A stretch of 64,000 nucleotides of DNA from Waltera intestinalis (GCA_963628185.1 CAVGEN010000029.1:16088-80087), one strand, 5' to 3'. Positions 19,460 to 30,701 are shown, counted from the stretch's first letter. Notes: a model not told the origin generated them from the letters alone. Numbers and translations: made by a program.

Positions 19460-22400
19460 TTAAGCCTTCTTGTTGTGAGCGGCACTGGTGTACTGCTCCA
19501 ACTCGGCAGTAACCTCCTCGTTCAACTCATCCTCGAACTTGAGAGGTGTCAACTTCTCCTGCAGCCACTGGAACACAGCGAAGAGTGCTGGCACTACGAA
19601 GACTTGGCAAAGTGTACCAATCAACATACCACCCACAGCGGCAGCACCCAAAGTCTGGTTACCGTTCTTACCTACACCTGAAGCGAACATCAATGGCAAC
19701 AGACCGATAATCATAGCCAAAGAGGTCATCAAGATAGGACGGAGACGAGCTCCTGCACCCAAGATGGCAGAGTACTTGATGGCCATACCAGTACGGCGAC
19801 GCTCCAAGGCGAACTGCACAATCAAGATGGCATTCTTAGCCAACAGACCAATCAACATAATCAAAGAAATCTGCATATAGATGTCGTTGGAGTGACCGAA
19901 GATGTTGGTGAAGACGAACGCACCAGCCAAACCGAACGGAATGGACAACACTACTGACAACGGCAAAATATAGCTCTCGTACTGGGCACTCAAAATCAAG
20001 TAAACGAATACGATACAGAGTGCAAAGATAATACCTGTAGAGTTGCTGGACTCAGCCTCAGAACGAGTCAAACCAGAATACTCATAGCCATAGCCATCAG
20101 GCAATGTCTCCTTAGCCACCTCTGCGATAGCCTTCATACCCTCACCAGTAGAGTAACCTGTGTTAGGTGTGACAGACACATCCATAGAGGTAAACAGGTT
20201 GAAACGAGAGATGTTGGATGGGCCATACATCTTCTTCAATGTCACGAACTCACTCACCGGACTCATGGTGCCATCGGCACAGCGAACATAAATCTTGTTC
20301 AAGTCGTCTGGACGCATACGGCTCTCAGGGCCAGCCTGAATCATGACACGGTAGAGTTTACCGTAAGCATTGAAATTGGAAGCGTAGAGACCTCCGAGGT
20401 AACCCTGCATCACAGATAGCACATTGGATGGAGAGATACCAGCCTGCTTGGTCTTGGCAACATCCACATCCACCATATATTGAGGATAGTTAGGGTTGTA
20501 CTGAGTCTGGGCGGTCTGAATCTCAGGACGCTTGTTCAACTCAGCCAAGAACTTCTTCACATTGTCATAGAACTTATTCAAGTCACCGCCGGTCTTATCC
20601 TGCATGGTCATGGTAATACCATTCTGCACGGAGAAACCAGAGATCATAGGTGGAGCAAAGGCAAGAATCTGCGCATCTTTGATAGAAGCAGTCTGCTTGT
20701 AAATCATACCCAACACAGAGGTGTACTCCATAGGGTTGACAAACAACGCTTCGATACCACCACCGGTGCAAGCCATCTTGATGCGGTGCATGATACCACC
20801 TGGACGCTCCTCGAATGGCTTCAACTTGATGATGACGGTACCCTGGTTGGAACCAGCGCCTCCGATGAAGCTATACCCCATGATGGCATTACGAGTAGCT
20901 ACGGCTGGGTTGTTGGCAAGCATCTTATCCACTTGCTTAACGACCTCAGCGGTACGCTCCTGAGATGTACCAGGGGCTGTAGAGATACAAGCGAACAAGG
21001 TTCCCGTATCCTCATCTGGCACCAAACCCGTCTTGGTAGTACTCATCAAGACAACCAAGCCTACAATACTAGCAGCAACCAAAGAACCTGCGACAATGCC
21101 GTGGCCGATAACCCACTGCACACCCTTCTTATACTTATTGGTAATCTTCTCAAACTGATAGTTGAAGCCTGCATGGAAACGATCCACAAAAGACATTTTT
21201 TTCTCATGCCCCTCTACGTGAGGCTTCAAGAGCATCGCACAAAGTGCAGGAGACAGAGTCAACGCATTGACAGCGGAGATGACGATAGACACAGCCATGG
21301 TTACACCGAACTCACGGTAGAAGTAACCTGACGTACCACCGATGAAAGACACAGGAACGAACACGGCAGACATCACCAAAGTAATAGAGATGATGGCACC
21401 AGATATTTCGTTCATCGCATCGATAGAGGCAGTAAGCGCACTCTTATAACCCTGATCGAGCTTGGCGTGAACCGCCTCCACAACCACGATGGCATCATCG
21501 ACCACAATGGCTATGGCCAACAGGAGGGCAGACAGTGACAGCAAGTTGATGGAGAATCCGAAGACCCAAAGGAAGAAGAACGCACCTATCAAAGCCACAG
21601 GCACGGCAATCATAGGAATCAACGTAGAGCGGAAATCCTGCAAGAAGATATACACCACGATGAACACCAATACCAAGGTGATAATCAAGGTGAACACTAC
21701 CTCTTCGATAGATGCGAAGAGGAACTCGGTGATATCCATCAAGATGACATTCTTCAATCCCGGCGGATAGTTTTTCTCCAACTCAGCCAACTGCTGCTTT
21801 ACGTCGCTTGCAATCTGGGTAGCATTGGAACCAGCAATCTGCTGCACCATACCCATCACGGCTGGCTGACCATCGTTGAGCAAGTTTACGTTGTATTGCA
21901 AGCCGCCCAACTCAATCTTAGCAACATCACCGAGACGGAGGGTCTGACCTGTAGCATCACTCTTAATCAAGATGTTGTCATACTCTGTAGGAGTCTTCAA
22001 ACGCCCCTTGTAACGGAGCGTATATTCATACTGCATATCTGTACTCTCACCAAAACTACCAGGGGCTGCCTCAATGTTCTGCTCGGCCAAGGCATTGGAT
22101 ATGTCGGAAGGAACAAGTCCGTACTCCTTCATCTTCTCTGGCTTCAACCAGATACGCATAGAGTAGTTACGAGTAGAAGGACTCTGCACATCCCCCACAC
22201 CATTGATACGCTTCAACTGAGGAACGACATTGATGAGGGCATAGTTGGTAACGAACTCATCGTCGTAACGACCATCGTCGGTGGTCAAGGCGAACATGAT
22301 AACGTTAGAACTCTGACGCTTGGTAACGGTGACACCCACCTTGGTAACCTCGGCAGGCAGCAAAGCCTGTGCCTGAGACACACGGTTCTGCACGTTGACC

Positions 22401-22714
22401 GCAGCCATATCAGGATCAGAACCCTGCTTGAAGTAAACGGTAATCTGCGCATAACCAGAGTTGGATGCAGAGGAAGTCATGTAGGTCATGTTCTCCACAC
22501 CGTTGATACTCTCCTCAAGAGGAGCGATGACTGAATTCAACACCGTCTGGGCATCGGCACCCGTATAGGTGGTAGATACCGAGATGGTAGGCGGCGCGAT
22601 ATTAGGATACTGCTCAATAGGCAGTGATATCAAACCGATGAGACCCAGCAACACGAAGAAGATGGAGACCACCGTCGAAAGCACTGGGCGCTTTATGAAG
22701 TTTGTAAATGACAT
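19460..22714 (-). CDS. RND efflux permease (AcrB/HAE1 family)
   Basis: FIKRPV, IVVDDAIVVVE, AKNAILIV, RLRPILMTSLA. Confidence 0.97.
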   Translation of the reverse strand: MSFTNFIKRPVLSTVVSIFFVLLGLIGLISLPIEQYPNIAPPTISVSTTYTGADAQTVLNSVIAPLEESINGVENMTYMTSSASNSGYAQITVYFKQGSDPDMAAVNVQNRVSQAQALLPAEVTKVGVTVTKRQSSNVIMFALTTDDGRYDDEFVTNYALINVVPQLKRINGVGDVQSPSTRNYSMRIWLKPEKMKEYGLVPSDISNALAEQNIEAAPGSFGESTDMQYEYTLRYKGRLKTPTEYDNILIKSDATGQTLRLGDVAKIELGGLQYNVNLLNDGQPAVMGMVQQIAGSNATQIASDVKQQLAELEKNYPPGLKNVILMDITEFLFASIEEVVFTLIITLVLVFIVVYIFLQDFRSTLIPMIAVPVALIGAFFFLWVFGFSINLLSLSALLLAIAIVVDDAIVVVEAVHAKLDQGYKSALTASIDAMNEISGAIISITLVMSAVFVPVSFIGGTSGYFYREFGVTMAVSIVISAVNALTLSPALCAMLLKPHVEGHEKKMSFVDRFHAGFNYQFEKITNKYKKGVQWVIGHGIVAGSLVAASIVGLVVLMSTTKTGLVPDEDTGTLFACISTAPGTSQERTAEVVKQVDKMLANNPAVATRNAIMGYSFIGGAGSNQGTVIIKLKPFEERPGGIMHRIKMACTGGGIEALFVNPMEYTSVLGMIYKQTASIKDAQILAFAPPMISGFSVQNGITMTMQDKTGGDLNKFYDNVKKFLAELNKRPEIQTAQTQYNPNYPQYMVDVDVAKTKQAGISPSNVLSVMQGYLGGLYASNFNAYGKLYRVMIQAGPESRMRPDDLNKIYVRCADGTMSPVSEFVTLKKMYGPSNISRFNLFTSMDVSVTPNTGYSTGEGMKAIAEVAKETLPDGYGYEYSGLTRSEAESSNSTGIIFALCIVFVYLILSAQYESYILPLSVVLSIPFGLAGAFVFTNIFGHSNDIYMQISLIMLIGLLAKNAILIVQFALERRRTGMAIKYSAILGAGARLRPILMTSLAMIIGLLPLMFASGVGKNGNQTLGAAAVGGMLIGTLCQVFVVPALFAVFQWLQEKLTPLKFEDELNEEVTAELEQYTSAAHNKKA

Positions 22715-22781
22715 ATTTTACTATTTTCTTTATACCTTTTTATATATAGTATAGTTGCATTCCTTCTTTTGGAAGAGGGAA

Positions 22782-23993
22782 TTACTTTTTGCCACTCATG
22801 GTTGTAGCAAACTCGTGAGCGTTGTCCTGAGACTTGGAAAGCTCGGCTGCCTCAGCAATCTTCTGATTGTAACGCTGCAAGGTGATAGGTTTGATCTGCT
22901 GACCGTCGGTCAACTTGGTGATACCCTTCACTACGATACGGTCGCCTACGTTCAAACCAGAGGTTACGATATAGTTCTTGCCATCATCCTGTGGGTTAAC
23001 CTTTATCTCAGAATACTTCACCTTGTTGTCCTTAGTTACGAGGTAAACGAAAATCTTGTCCTGTACCTGAGAGCAAGCCTCCTGAGGAATAACGATAGCA
23101 CCAACCTGGTCGTTAGGAATGACAATCTGACCTGCGCCACCACTCTTCAAGAGCTTCTCCGGGTTAGCGAAGTGAGCAATAAGAGACACAGAACCTGTAG
23201 AAGAGTCGATGACACCACTCATCTTGACAACCTTTCCTGGGTGATTATAGATCGTACCGTCTGCGAGTTGCAACTTCACTGCGGGGAACGCAGCAATGGC
23301 AGCCTGCATATTGCCATTGCTCTTGGTCATGTTCAAAATCTGAGTTTCAGAAACAGAGAAGAAGACTTCCATGGTGCTGATGTTAGACACGGTAGTCAAA
23401 GCCTGCCCTGACGCGCTGACCAAGGCTCCCTCCTTGAAAGGAAGACTACCCACAACACCAGCCGAAGGACTCTTTACCACACACCATGCCAACTGCTCCT
23501 TGGCAGAAGCCAAGGAAGCCTCGGCCTGAGCGACCTGTGCCTGAGCCGTAGCCAACGAGTTAGCCGCTGTAGAAAGTTCATATTCACCGATAATCTTGCT
23601 ATCATACAACTTCTTATTGTTCTGATAAGTCAACTTAGCCGTATTAGCCTGGGCTTTGGCTGTATTAACAGCAGCAGAAGCTGAGCGAACAGCGGCAGCA
23701 TATGTCTCACTATCAATAGAGAACAATGGCTGACCAGCAGAAACGGCCTGTCCCTCATGCACGTAAACCTTAGTGATAAAGCCGGACACCTTAGGACGAA
23801 CCTCTACATCCTGAATACCCTTGATAGTAGCAGGGTAAGTGGTTTGGAGAGCAGCGCTAGAAGAGCCTATAGTACTTACAGCGAACTCATCATCGCCGAA
23901 GTTAGGCATACCACCCTTCTTGCTTCCACCACATGATGTCAAAGTTGCGATAGCCATGACAGCTGCAACAAACAAAACGTTTTTAATTTTCAT
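22782..23993 (-). CDS. RND periplasmic adaptor (MFP) lipoprotein
   Basis: Lipobox LTSC, VRPKVSG lipoyl motif, helical hairpin; promoter TATTTTTG at 24132-24139 (minus). Confidence 0.95.
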   Translation of the reverse strand: MKIKNVLFVAAVMAIATLTSCGGSKKGGMPNFGDDEFAVSTIGSSSAALQTTYPATIKGIQDVEVRPKVSGFITKVYVHEGQAVSAGQPLFSIDSETYAAAVRSASAAVNTAKAQANTAKLTYQNNKKLYDSKIIGEYELSTAANSLATAQAQVAQAEASLASAKEQLAWCVVKSPSAGVVGSLPFKEGALVSASGQALTTVSNISTMEVFFSVSETQILNMTKSNGNMQAAIAAFPAVKLQLADGTIYNHPGKVVKMSGVIDSSTGSVSLIAHFANPEKLLKSGGAGQIVIPNDQVGAIVIPQEACSQVQDKIFVYLVTKDNKVKYSEIKVNPQDDGKNYIVTSGLNVGDRIVVKGITKLTDGQQIKPITLQRYNQKIAEAAELSKSQDNAHEFATTMSGKK

Positions 23994-24229
23994 ACCTATT
24001 TTTATATTATATAATGATTATACCTTCTTACATAAAAAGAAACTCTCATGCTTCTCTTGAATACCAGCCAAAACACTTCCAAAACGTCTCTCCTTAGGAA
24101 ACTTGCCTGACCGCTAGAGTTTTTGACGATGCAAAAATACTAATAATATAGCAAACAACGCACTCGCCACGTTGCTTTTTAACAAAAATTATTCTGTATT
24201 TAAAGTTTTCTATAAAAAAGTTCCACAGC

Positions 24230-25657
24230 TTATTCTGTGAGACCCATTTTCTTTGCTTTTTCCAACAAGAGTTTCATCAATGGCTCTCGCTCATTCTCCA
24301 CCTTATTGTCAAGCACAGCATCCTTGAGCGTTTGTTTCAATGTTCCCACCTCTCGACAAGGTTGCAGATGAAACATTTCCATGATTTCATTACCATCAAT
24401 ACAAGGTTGCAACAAACGCTTGTAGTCACGTTCCTGCAAATCCACCAACTTTTCACGTACAATACGGAAGTTATCCAAGAATCTCTGCTTTCGTTGTTGA
24501 TTCTTGCTAGTAATGTCTGCCTCACAAAGTGTCATCAAGTCATTGATGTCATCGCCTGCATCGTTCATCAAACGACGAACAGCACTATCCGTTACTTCCT
24601 CGTCGGCAATGACAATTGGGCGCATGTGAAGTTCCACTAACTTCTGCACATACTTCATCTTGGCATCCATCGGAAGTTTCATTCTACGGAACATCGAAGG
24701 AATCATCTTGGCTCCTATATTATTATGGTTGTGGAAAGTCCACCCTACAACATTGTCCCATCGTTTACTCTTGGGTTTACCAATGTCATGGAGCAAAGCT
24801 GCCCAGCGCAGCCACAGATTATCCGAATGTCTGCAAACATTCTCCAACACTTCCATCGTATGGTCGTAATTGTTCTTATGAGCACGGCCATTGCGTGTAT
24901 CCACCTTATCCAAAGCACACAACTCTGGCAGAATCAAATCGAGCAAGCCCGTATCCTTCAAATAATAGAATCCACTGCTAGGATGCTTGGAGAGCATGAT
25001 CTTGTTCATCTCATCGGCAATACGCTCCCCACTGATAATCTTCAACCGCTCGGCATTGCGGGAAAGAGCTTCGTAAGTTTCTGGTTCTATCTGAAAATTG
25101 AGTTGAGTGGCAAAACGAACACAACGCATCATACGGAGCGGATCGTCAGAGAAAGTGACATCGGGGTCTAAAGGAGTTGCGATGATGCCATCCTCCATAT
25201 CATAAACGCCATCAAAAGGATCGACCAATTCGCCAAACCTTTCCTTATTGAGGCAAACCGCCATCGCATTGATGGTAAAATCACGACGATTCTGATCATC
25301 TTCCAGCGTACCATCCTCAACAATCGGTTTTCGAGAATCGCGCTGGTAGCTTTCCTTTCTGGCTCCCACAAACTCTACCTCAGTATCTTTGTACTTGACC
25401 TGAGCCGTACCAAAATTACGAAAAACAGACAAGTAAGCTTTCTTTCCCAACATCTTCTTAAGCTCCGATGCCACCTGAATTCCACTACCGACCACAACAA
25501 CGTCAATATCATTAGAAGGACGTTCGAGGAACAAATCACGTACATACCCCCCTACGACATAACACTCCAGATGCAACGAGTCGGCTGCATCAGAAATCAT
25601 ATGGAATATATCTTTATCAAGTATTTTTGCCAGTTCGGCGTTGGATAAATTTCTCAT
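24230..25657 (-). CDS. cca: CCA tRNA nucleotidyltransferase with HD domain
   Basis: VGGYVRD, DIDVVV, RRDFTINA, DDPLRMMR, LHDIGKP. Confidence 0.93.
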   Translation of the reverse strand: MRNLSNAELAKILDKDIFHMISDAADSLHLECYVVGGYVRDLFLERPSNDIDVVVVGSGIQVASELKKMLGKKAYLSVFRNFGTAQVKYKDTEVEFVGARKESYQRDSRKPIVEDGTLEDDQNRRDFTINAMAVCLNKERFGELVDPFDGVYDMEDGIIATPLDPDVTFSDDPLRMMRCVRFATQLNFQIEPETYEALSRNAERLKIISGERIADEMNKIMLSKHPSSGFYYLKDTGLLDLILPELCALDKVDTRNGRAHKNNYDHTMEVLENVCRHSDNLWLRWAALLHDIGKPKSKRWDNVVGWTFHNHNNIGAKMIPSMFRRMKLPMDAKMKYVQKLVELHMRPIVIADEEVTDSAVRRLMNDAGDDINDLMTLCEADITSKNQQRKQRFLDNFRIVREKLVDLQERDYKRLLQPCIDGNEIMEMFHLQPCREVGTLKQTLKDAVLDNKVENEREPLMKLLLEKAKKMGLTE

Positions 25658-25677
25658 TCTTTTTTCTTTTCGGGGTG

Positions 25678-25747
25678 CAAAGTTACTGCAAATAATGCAA
25701 AATACAAAATAATTATTTGGCTATTTCACAATAAATGCGTAATTTTG
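25678..25747. promoter_or_regulatory. Divergent promoters for cca (TAACTTTG, minus) and the DUF1599 operon (TAATTTTG, plus)
   Basis: Two TAnnTTTG matches at 25678-25685 and 25740-25747. Confidence 0.7.
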
Positions 25748-25767
25748 CAGCGATTTTCGAAAATATT

Positions 25768-26328
25768 ATGGCAGAATTATCAAAAACAGAACAGCAGTTT
25801 AAAGATATAATGGTGGAATGCCGCACCCTTTTCCAAAAGAAGTTGCATGACTATGGAGCTTCTTGGAGAATCTTGCGTCCATCTTCACTAACAGACCAGT
25901 TATACATCAAAGCCAAGCGCATCCGATCGCTTGAAATCAAAAAGGATTCATTGGTGGACGAGGGAATTCGGCCTGAATTTATCGCCCTCATCAACTATGG
26001 AATCGTAGGCATTATCCAACTGGAGAAAGGTTTTGTCGATGAGGTCGATATGACAGCCGAAGAAGCTATAAGTCTCTATGACCAACATGCACAAGAAGCC
26101 TTGGAGCTGATGCAGAAAAAGAACCATGACTACGACGAAGCTTGGCGCAGCATGAGAGTTAGCAGCTATACCGACTTCATCCTTACTAAGATACAGCGCA
26201 TCAAGGAAATCGAGGATATCCATGGCGAGACTTTGGTTTCTGAAGGCATTGACGCCAACTACATGGACATCATCAACTATGCCGTGTTTGGGGCCATTAA
26301 ACTAAAAGAACAGGAACAAGATCATTAA
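25768..26328 (+). CDS. DUF1599 (nucleotide-modification-associated) tandem-domain protein
   Basis: Internal duplication KKLHDYGASWR / KKNHDYDEAWR, each followed by an INY motif; start taken at ATG 25768. Confidence 0.85.
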   Translation: MAELSKTEQQFKDIMVECRTLFQKKLHDYGASWRILRPSSLTDQLYIKAKRIRSLEIKKDSLVDEGIRPEFIALINYGIVGIIQLEKGFVDEVDMTAEEAISLYDQHAQEALELMQKKNHDYDEAWRSMRVSSYTDFILTKIQRIKEIEDIHGETLVSEGIDANYMDIINYAVFGAIKLKEQEQDH

Positions 26329-26347
26329 TATATAAAAAAGATACAAA

Positions 26348-28429
26348 GTGAATATTGGCAGCACCATAACAAAGTTGGCCATCAACGTGGGCAGATTGAT
26401 AGTGGCTGTGACTTTCATATTCTCCGGATATGTAAAAGCCATCGACCCATTAGGAACCCAATATAAAATAGCCGACTACCTACAAGCCCTAGGTTTGGCT
26501 GGTGTCATACCAGACTGGATGACACTTGCTGCCTCTATCGCCTTATCGACCTTGGAGTTTTCCATCGGAATCTTCTTGCTCTTTGCCATTAGACGACGCC
26601 TCTTCTCCAAAATTCTATTATTGGTCATGGCAACGATGACACTGATAACCCTCTGGATAGCCATCGCCAACCCAGTGAAAGACTGCGGTTGCTTTGGAGA
26701 CGCCGTCAAGTTGACCAACATGCAGACGCTTGGCAAAAACATCATTCTGCTAGCCATAGCCCTCTGCCTTTGGAAGAGACCACTCAAGATGGTAAGATTC
26801 ATCTCGAAACCGACCCAATGGATTGTCATCAACTACACAATACTGTTTTCCATAGCTTTAAGTCTATGGAGTCTTTGGTATCTGCCACTCTTCGACTTTC
26901 GCCCTTATCATATCGGTGCAAACATAGAGGAAGGCATGGAAATTCCAAAGGATGCCAAGCTGCCTCAGTTTGAGACAACATTCATATTGGAGAAAAATGG
27001 GCAAAGAAAGGAGTTCACTATAGACAACTACCCAGACTCCACTTGGAAATTCATCGACTCCAAGACCATCCAGACCGAAGATGGTTATGCGCCACCAATA
27101 CACGACTTCAGCATAGAAGACCGCAAGACAGGGGAAGACATAACACAAGAGGTATTACACGACAAAAGCTATACCTTCCTGCTCATATCTCCTAACCTTG
27201 CCAAGGCAGACGACTCCAACTTTGGCACAATAGACCAAATCTACGAGTACGCACAAGACTATGGCTACCGTTTCATCTGCCTGACTGCTAGCAGCGACAA
27301 GGACATTGCCAAATGGCAAGACACAACAGGGGCAGAATATCCCTTCTATACGACCGATGCCACCACGCTGAAGACAATCATCAGAAGCAACCCTGGTTTG
27401 CTGCTATTGCACAACGGCACCATCATAAAGAAATGGAGTCACAACGACTTGCCTGACGAAGATTCCTTCTCGCAATCCTTGGAGAAAAGCGACCTAGGGA
27501 AAATGGCAGAAGACGGAACAACTGAAAAAATCATACAAGTCGCACTTTGGTTCCTCTTGCCACTGATACTGCTCACCATCGCCGACAGACTTTGGGCATG
27601 GTCTAACTGGATAAAAGAAAAAGAGAATACTAACAAGATAATATCAACTTTTAAAAAGAAAAGAAAAATGAGAAAGAAAATTGTAGCAGGCAACTGGAAA
27701 ATGAACATGAACCTGCAAGACGGCGTAGCTCTCGCTAAGGAAATCAACGAGGCTTTGGTAGCAGACAAGCCAAACTGCGGTGTCATCATCTGTACTCCTT
27801 TCATCCACTTGGCTTCTGTAGCTCAGGTCTTGGATTCTGAGGTTGTAGGTCTTGGTGCAGAGAACTGCGCTGACAAGGCTAAGGGTGCTTACACTGGTGA
27901 AGTTTCTGCAGAGATGGTAAAGAGCACAGGTGCTCAGTATGTTATTCTCGGTCACTCAGAGCGTCGCCAGTACTATGGCGAGACAGCAGAAATCCTGAAG
28001 GAGAAGGTAGAGTTGGCTTTGGCTAACGGCTTGAAGGTTATCTTCTGCTGCGGCGAAACTCTTGAGGAGCGCGAGGCAGAGAAGCAGAACGAGGTTGTAA
28101 AGGCAGAGCTGGATGGTTCTGTATTCCACTTGAGCGCAGACGCTTGGAAGAACATCATACTCGCTTACGAGCCAATCTGGGCCATCGGCACAGGTAAGAC
28201 TGCTACTTCCGACCAGGCAGAGGAAATGTTGGCATACATCCGCTCTATCGTAGCAGAGAAGTATGGCAACGAGGCTGCTGAGGCCACAACAATCCTCTAT
28301 GGTGGTAGCTGCAAAGCTAGCAATGCTCCAGAGCTCTTCGCCAAGCCAAACATCGATGGTGGCTTGATTGGTGGTGCCTCTTTGAAGGCAGCCGACTTCA
28401 AGGGTATCATCGACGCTTGGAAGAAGTAA
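26348..28429 (+). CDS. BT_3928-like DoxX/MauE membrane protein fused in frame to triosephosphate isomerase
   Basis: N-terminal TMs with KAIDPLG and DCGCFGDA, soluble domain, TM, then an unbroken frame into TIM. Confidence 0.85.
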   Translation: MNIGSTITKLAINVGRLIVAVTFIFSGYVKAIDPLGTQYKIADYLQALGLAGVIPDWMTLAASIALSTLEFSIGIFLLFAIRRRLFSKILLLVMATMTLITLWIAIANPVKDCGCFGDAVKLTNMQTLGKNIILLAIALCLWKRPLKMVRFISKPTQWIVINYTILFSIALSLWSLWYLPLFDFRPYHIGANIEEGMEIPKDAKLPQFETTFILEKNGQRKEFTIDNYPDSTWKFIDSKTIQTEDGYAPPIHDFSIEDRKTGEDITQEVLHDKSYTFLLISPNLAKADDSNFGTIDQIYEYAQDYGYRFICLTASSDKDIAKWQDTTGAEYPFYTTDATTLKTIIRSNPGLLLLHNGTIIKKWSHNDLPDEDSFSQSLEKSDLGKMAEDGTTEKIIQVALWFLLPLILLTIADRLWAWSNWIKEKENTNKIISTFKKKRKMRKKIVAGNWKMNMNLQDGVALAKEINEALVADKPNCGVIICTPFIHLASVAQVLDSEVVGLGAENCADKAKGAYTGEVSAEMVKSTGAQYVILGHSERRQYYGETAEILKEKVELALANGLKVIFCCGETLEEREAEKQNEVVKAELDGSVFHLSADAWKNIILAYEPIWAIGTGKTATSDQAEEMLAYIRSIVAEKYGNEAAEATTILYGGSCKASNAPELFAKPNIDGGLIGGASLKAADFKGIIDAWKK
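27668..28429 (+). CDS. tpiA: Triosephosphate isomerase (internal start of the fusion ORF)
   Basis: [40 protein letters not shown]-rich stretch before ATG 27668. Confidence 0.95.
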   Translation: MRKKIVAGNWKMNMNLQDGVALAKEINEALVADKPNCGVIICTPFIHLASVAQVLDSEVVGLGAENCADKAKGAYTGEVSAEMVKSTGAQYVILGHSERRQYYGETAEILKEKVELALANGLKVIFCCGETLEEREAEKQNEVVKAELDGSVFHLSADAWKNIILAYEPIWAIGTGKTATSDQAEEMLAYIRSIVAEKYGNEAAEATTILYGGSCKASNAPELFAKPNIDGGLIGGASLKAADFKGIIDAWKK

Positions 28430-28442
28430 TATAGGACATTCG

Positions 28443-28484
28443 GAGCCATGTCTTCTTCCTCCAAGGAGCAGACATGGTTCTTTT
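28443..28484 (+). terminator. Terminator after tpiA
   Basis: GAGCCATGTCT/AGACATGGTTC stem plus T-tract. Confidence 0.75.
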
Positions 28485-28528
28485 ATTATCTTAACCAATT
28501 ACAATATAACAATCCATAAAAGAAAGTT

Positions 28529-29203
28529 ATGAAACAATTCGTCTTACTTTTTGCCATCATGCTTAGCATGACCGTTTCGAGCAATGCCCAAACCTATCTG
28601 GAGCATTTGCTGCAGAAGACCCCAGGACTGGGTTCTGTTACCGTGAGCCAAAGCAAGGCTATCGACGAATTAATCAATGGAAAAGTTGTGCCACAAGACA
28701 ACAAGGGCAAGGCTGTGCCTACTCAGCAAGACAACAAGAGTAAAACTACGCCAACAATACAAGACAAAACTAAAACATTCTCCCCTACCACTAACAACAC
28801 CAAGACATCAGAACCTCAAAGGAAGCTAACACCCGACTCGGTGAAAAAGCCAGAACATCGTGAGGATTCCAACGAAAATGAAAAAGAAGAAAATGAGACA
28901 CCTGCAGTAGATATGCGCAAAAAGGTGATGCGTAGCAGCTATAAGGTAACAGGATATAGAGTACAGGCATACGCTGGTGGAAATTCCCGTAACGACCGGC
29001 TGAAAGCAGAGCAAATAGGCAACTCCATCAAGATGAAATACCCAGACCAACCCATATACGTACACTTCTACTCACCTCGGTGGATATGCCGCATCGGCAA
29101 CTTCCGAAGTTTGGCCGAAGCACAGAAAATGTTGGCAAAGGTACGTGCCATGGGCTATAAACAAGCTTGCCTTGTAAAAGGAAAAATAACTGTTCAAAAT
29201 TAA
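28529..29203 (+). CDS. SPOR-domain protein
   Basis: Signal peptide, low-complexity linker, C-terminal GYRVQ...CRIGNFRSLAEA SPOR-like domain. Confidence 0.85.
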   Translation: MKQFVLLFAIMLSMTVSSNAQTYLEHLLQKTPGLGSVTVSQSKAIDELINGKVVPQDNKGKAVPTQQDNKSKTTPTIQDKTKTFSPTTNNTKTSEPQRKLTPDSVKKPEHREDSNENEKEENETPAVDMRKKVMRSSYKVTGYRVQAYAGGNSRNDRLKAEQIGNSIKMKYPDQPIYVHFYSPRWICRIGNFRSLAEAQKMLAKVRAMGYKQACLVKGKITVQN

Positions 29204-29206
29204 AAT

Positions 29207-29800
29207 ATGAATCCAGAAACTGAATTTCGTGAAGGTTTAGATGAACTTGCCTCACACTACAAAGAAGTATTGAGCCTTTTAGGAGAAGATCCAGAAAGAG
29301 AGGGGCTTCAGAAAACTCCGATGCGTGTAGCAAAGGCCATGCAGATACTCACAAGAGGATATACCCAAGATGCACATAAAGTGTTGACCGATGCCTTGTT
29401 TGAGGAAAAATACGACCAGATGGTCATCGTCAAGGACATCGACTTCTTCTCTATGTGCGAGCACCATATGCTTCCTTTCTACGGTAAGGCTCATGTAGCA
29501 TATATCCCAAATGGAAAAATCACAGGACTTAGCAAAATCGCACGTGTCGTTGACATCTATAGCCATCGCCTGCAAGTGCAAGAACGCTTGACCCAACAAA
29601 TCAAGGACTGCATACAGGAAACTCTCAACCCTCAGGGAGTAATGGTGGTCATAGAAGCTAAGCACATGTGCATGCAAATGAGAGGTGTGGAAAAACAAGA
29701 CTCCATCACCACTACCAGCGACTATAGTGGCGTTTTCAACTCCCTCAACACTCGCCAAGAGTTCATGAACTTGCTTCGTGGCGAATCAAAACGAATCTAA
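29207..29800 (+). CDS. folE: GTP cyclohydrolase I
   Basis: [33 protein letters not shown]. Confidence 0.98.
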   Translation: MNPETEFREGLDELASHYKEVLSLLGEDPEREGLQKTPMRVAKAMQILTRGYTQDAHKVLTDALFEEKYDQMVIVKDIDFFSMCEHHMLPFYGKAHVAYIPNGKITGLSKIARVVDIYSHRLQVQERLTQQIKDCIQETLNPQGVMVVIEAKHMCMQMRGVEKQDSITTTSDYSGVFNSLNTRQEFMNLLRGESKRI

Positions 29801-29828
29801 ATTTCCAATATTAAATGTGAAGAGTGAA

Positions 29829-30584
29829 ATGATGAAGTTTATATCATGGAACGTAAATGGTCTCAGAGCTTGCGTAGGCAAGAACTTTGAAGAGGATTTC
29901 AAGGAGCTAGACGCTGATTTCTTCTGCCTTCAAGAGACCAAGATGCAAGAAGGACAACTGGAGTTGCATTTCGAAGGCTATGATAGTTACTGGAACTATG
30001 CCGAGAAAAAAGGCTATTCCGGAACTGCCATATATACCAAGCACAAGCCACTATGTGTAAGCTATGGCATGGGTGTCGAGATGCATGACCATGAAGGGCG
30101 TATCATCACCCTGGAATATGACAACTTCTATCTTGTCACCGTCTATACTCCCAACTCCCAGACAGAACTGAAAAGACTTGCCTATCGTATGACGTGGGAA
30201 AAAGATTTCCGTAAGTTTCTCAAGAATCTAGACAAAAAAAAGCCAGTCATCGTTTGTGGAGATATGAATGTTGCCCATGAAGAAATCGACATCAAGAATC
30301 CCAAGAGTAATCGCCGGAATGCAGGTTTCACCGACGAGGAAAGAGAAAAGATGACAGAGCTCCTTAACGACGGTTTTATCGACACTTTCAGATACAAGCA
30401 CCCTGAAGAAATTAAATACTCATGGTGGTCATACCGATTCAAGGCTAGAGAAAAGAATGCCGGCTGGAGAATAGACTATTTCCTCGTTTCAGACAGAATT
30501 AAATCCAAGATAGAATGCGCAGAAATCCACACAGAGATTATGGGAAGCGACCACTGCCCCGTGGAAGTGAATTTAGCATTCTAG
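29829..30584 (+). CDS. xth: Exodeoxyribonuclease III
   Basis: SWNVNGLRA, LQETK, GDMNVAH, WRIDYF, SDHCPV. Confidence 0.96.
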   Translation: MMKFISWNVNGLRACVGKNFEEDFKELDADFFCLQETKMQEGQLELHFEGYDSYWNYAEKKGYSGTAIYTKHKPLCVSYGMGVEMHDHEGRIITLEYDNFYLVTVYTPNSQTELKRLAYRMTWEKDFRKFLKNLDKKKPVIVCGDMNVAHEEIDIKNPKSNRRNAGFTDEEREKMTELLNDGFIDTFRYKHPEEIKYSWWSYRFKAREKNAGWRIDYFLVSDRIKSKIECAEIHTEIMGSDHCPVEVNLAF

Positions 30585-30612
30585 CAGCAAATTAAACATC
30601 GAGTACACAATG

Positions 30613-30650
30613 AAAGGGTTGCCAACCTCACGGCTGGCAACCCTTATTTT
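30613..30650. terminator. Bidirectional terminator
   Basis: AAGGGTTGCCA/TGGCAACCCTT stem between convergent genes. Confidence 0.85.
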
Positions 30651-30701
30651 GGTCATATCAACATAAAATTTTAATTTATATAAGAGAGATTTTATCGTAT
30701 A

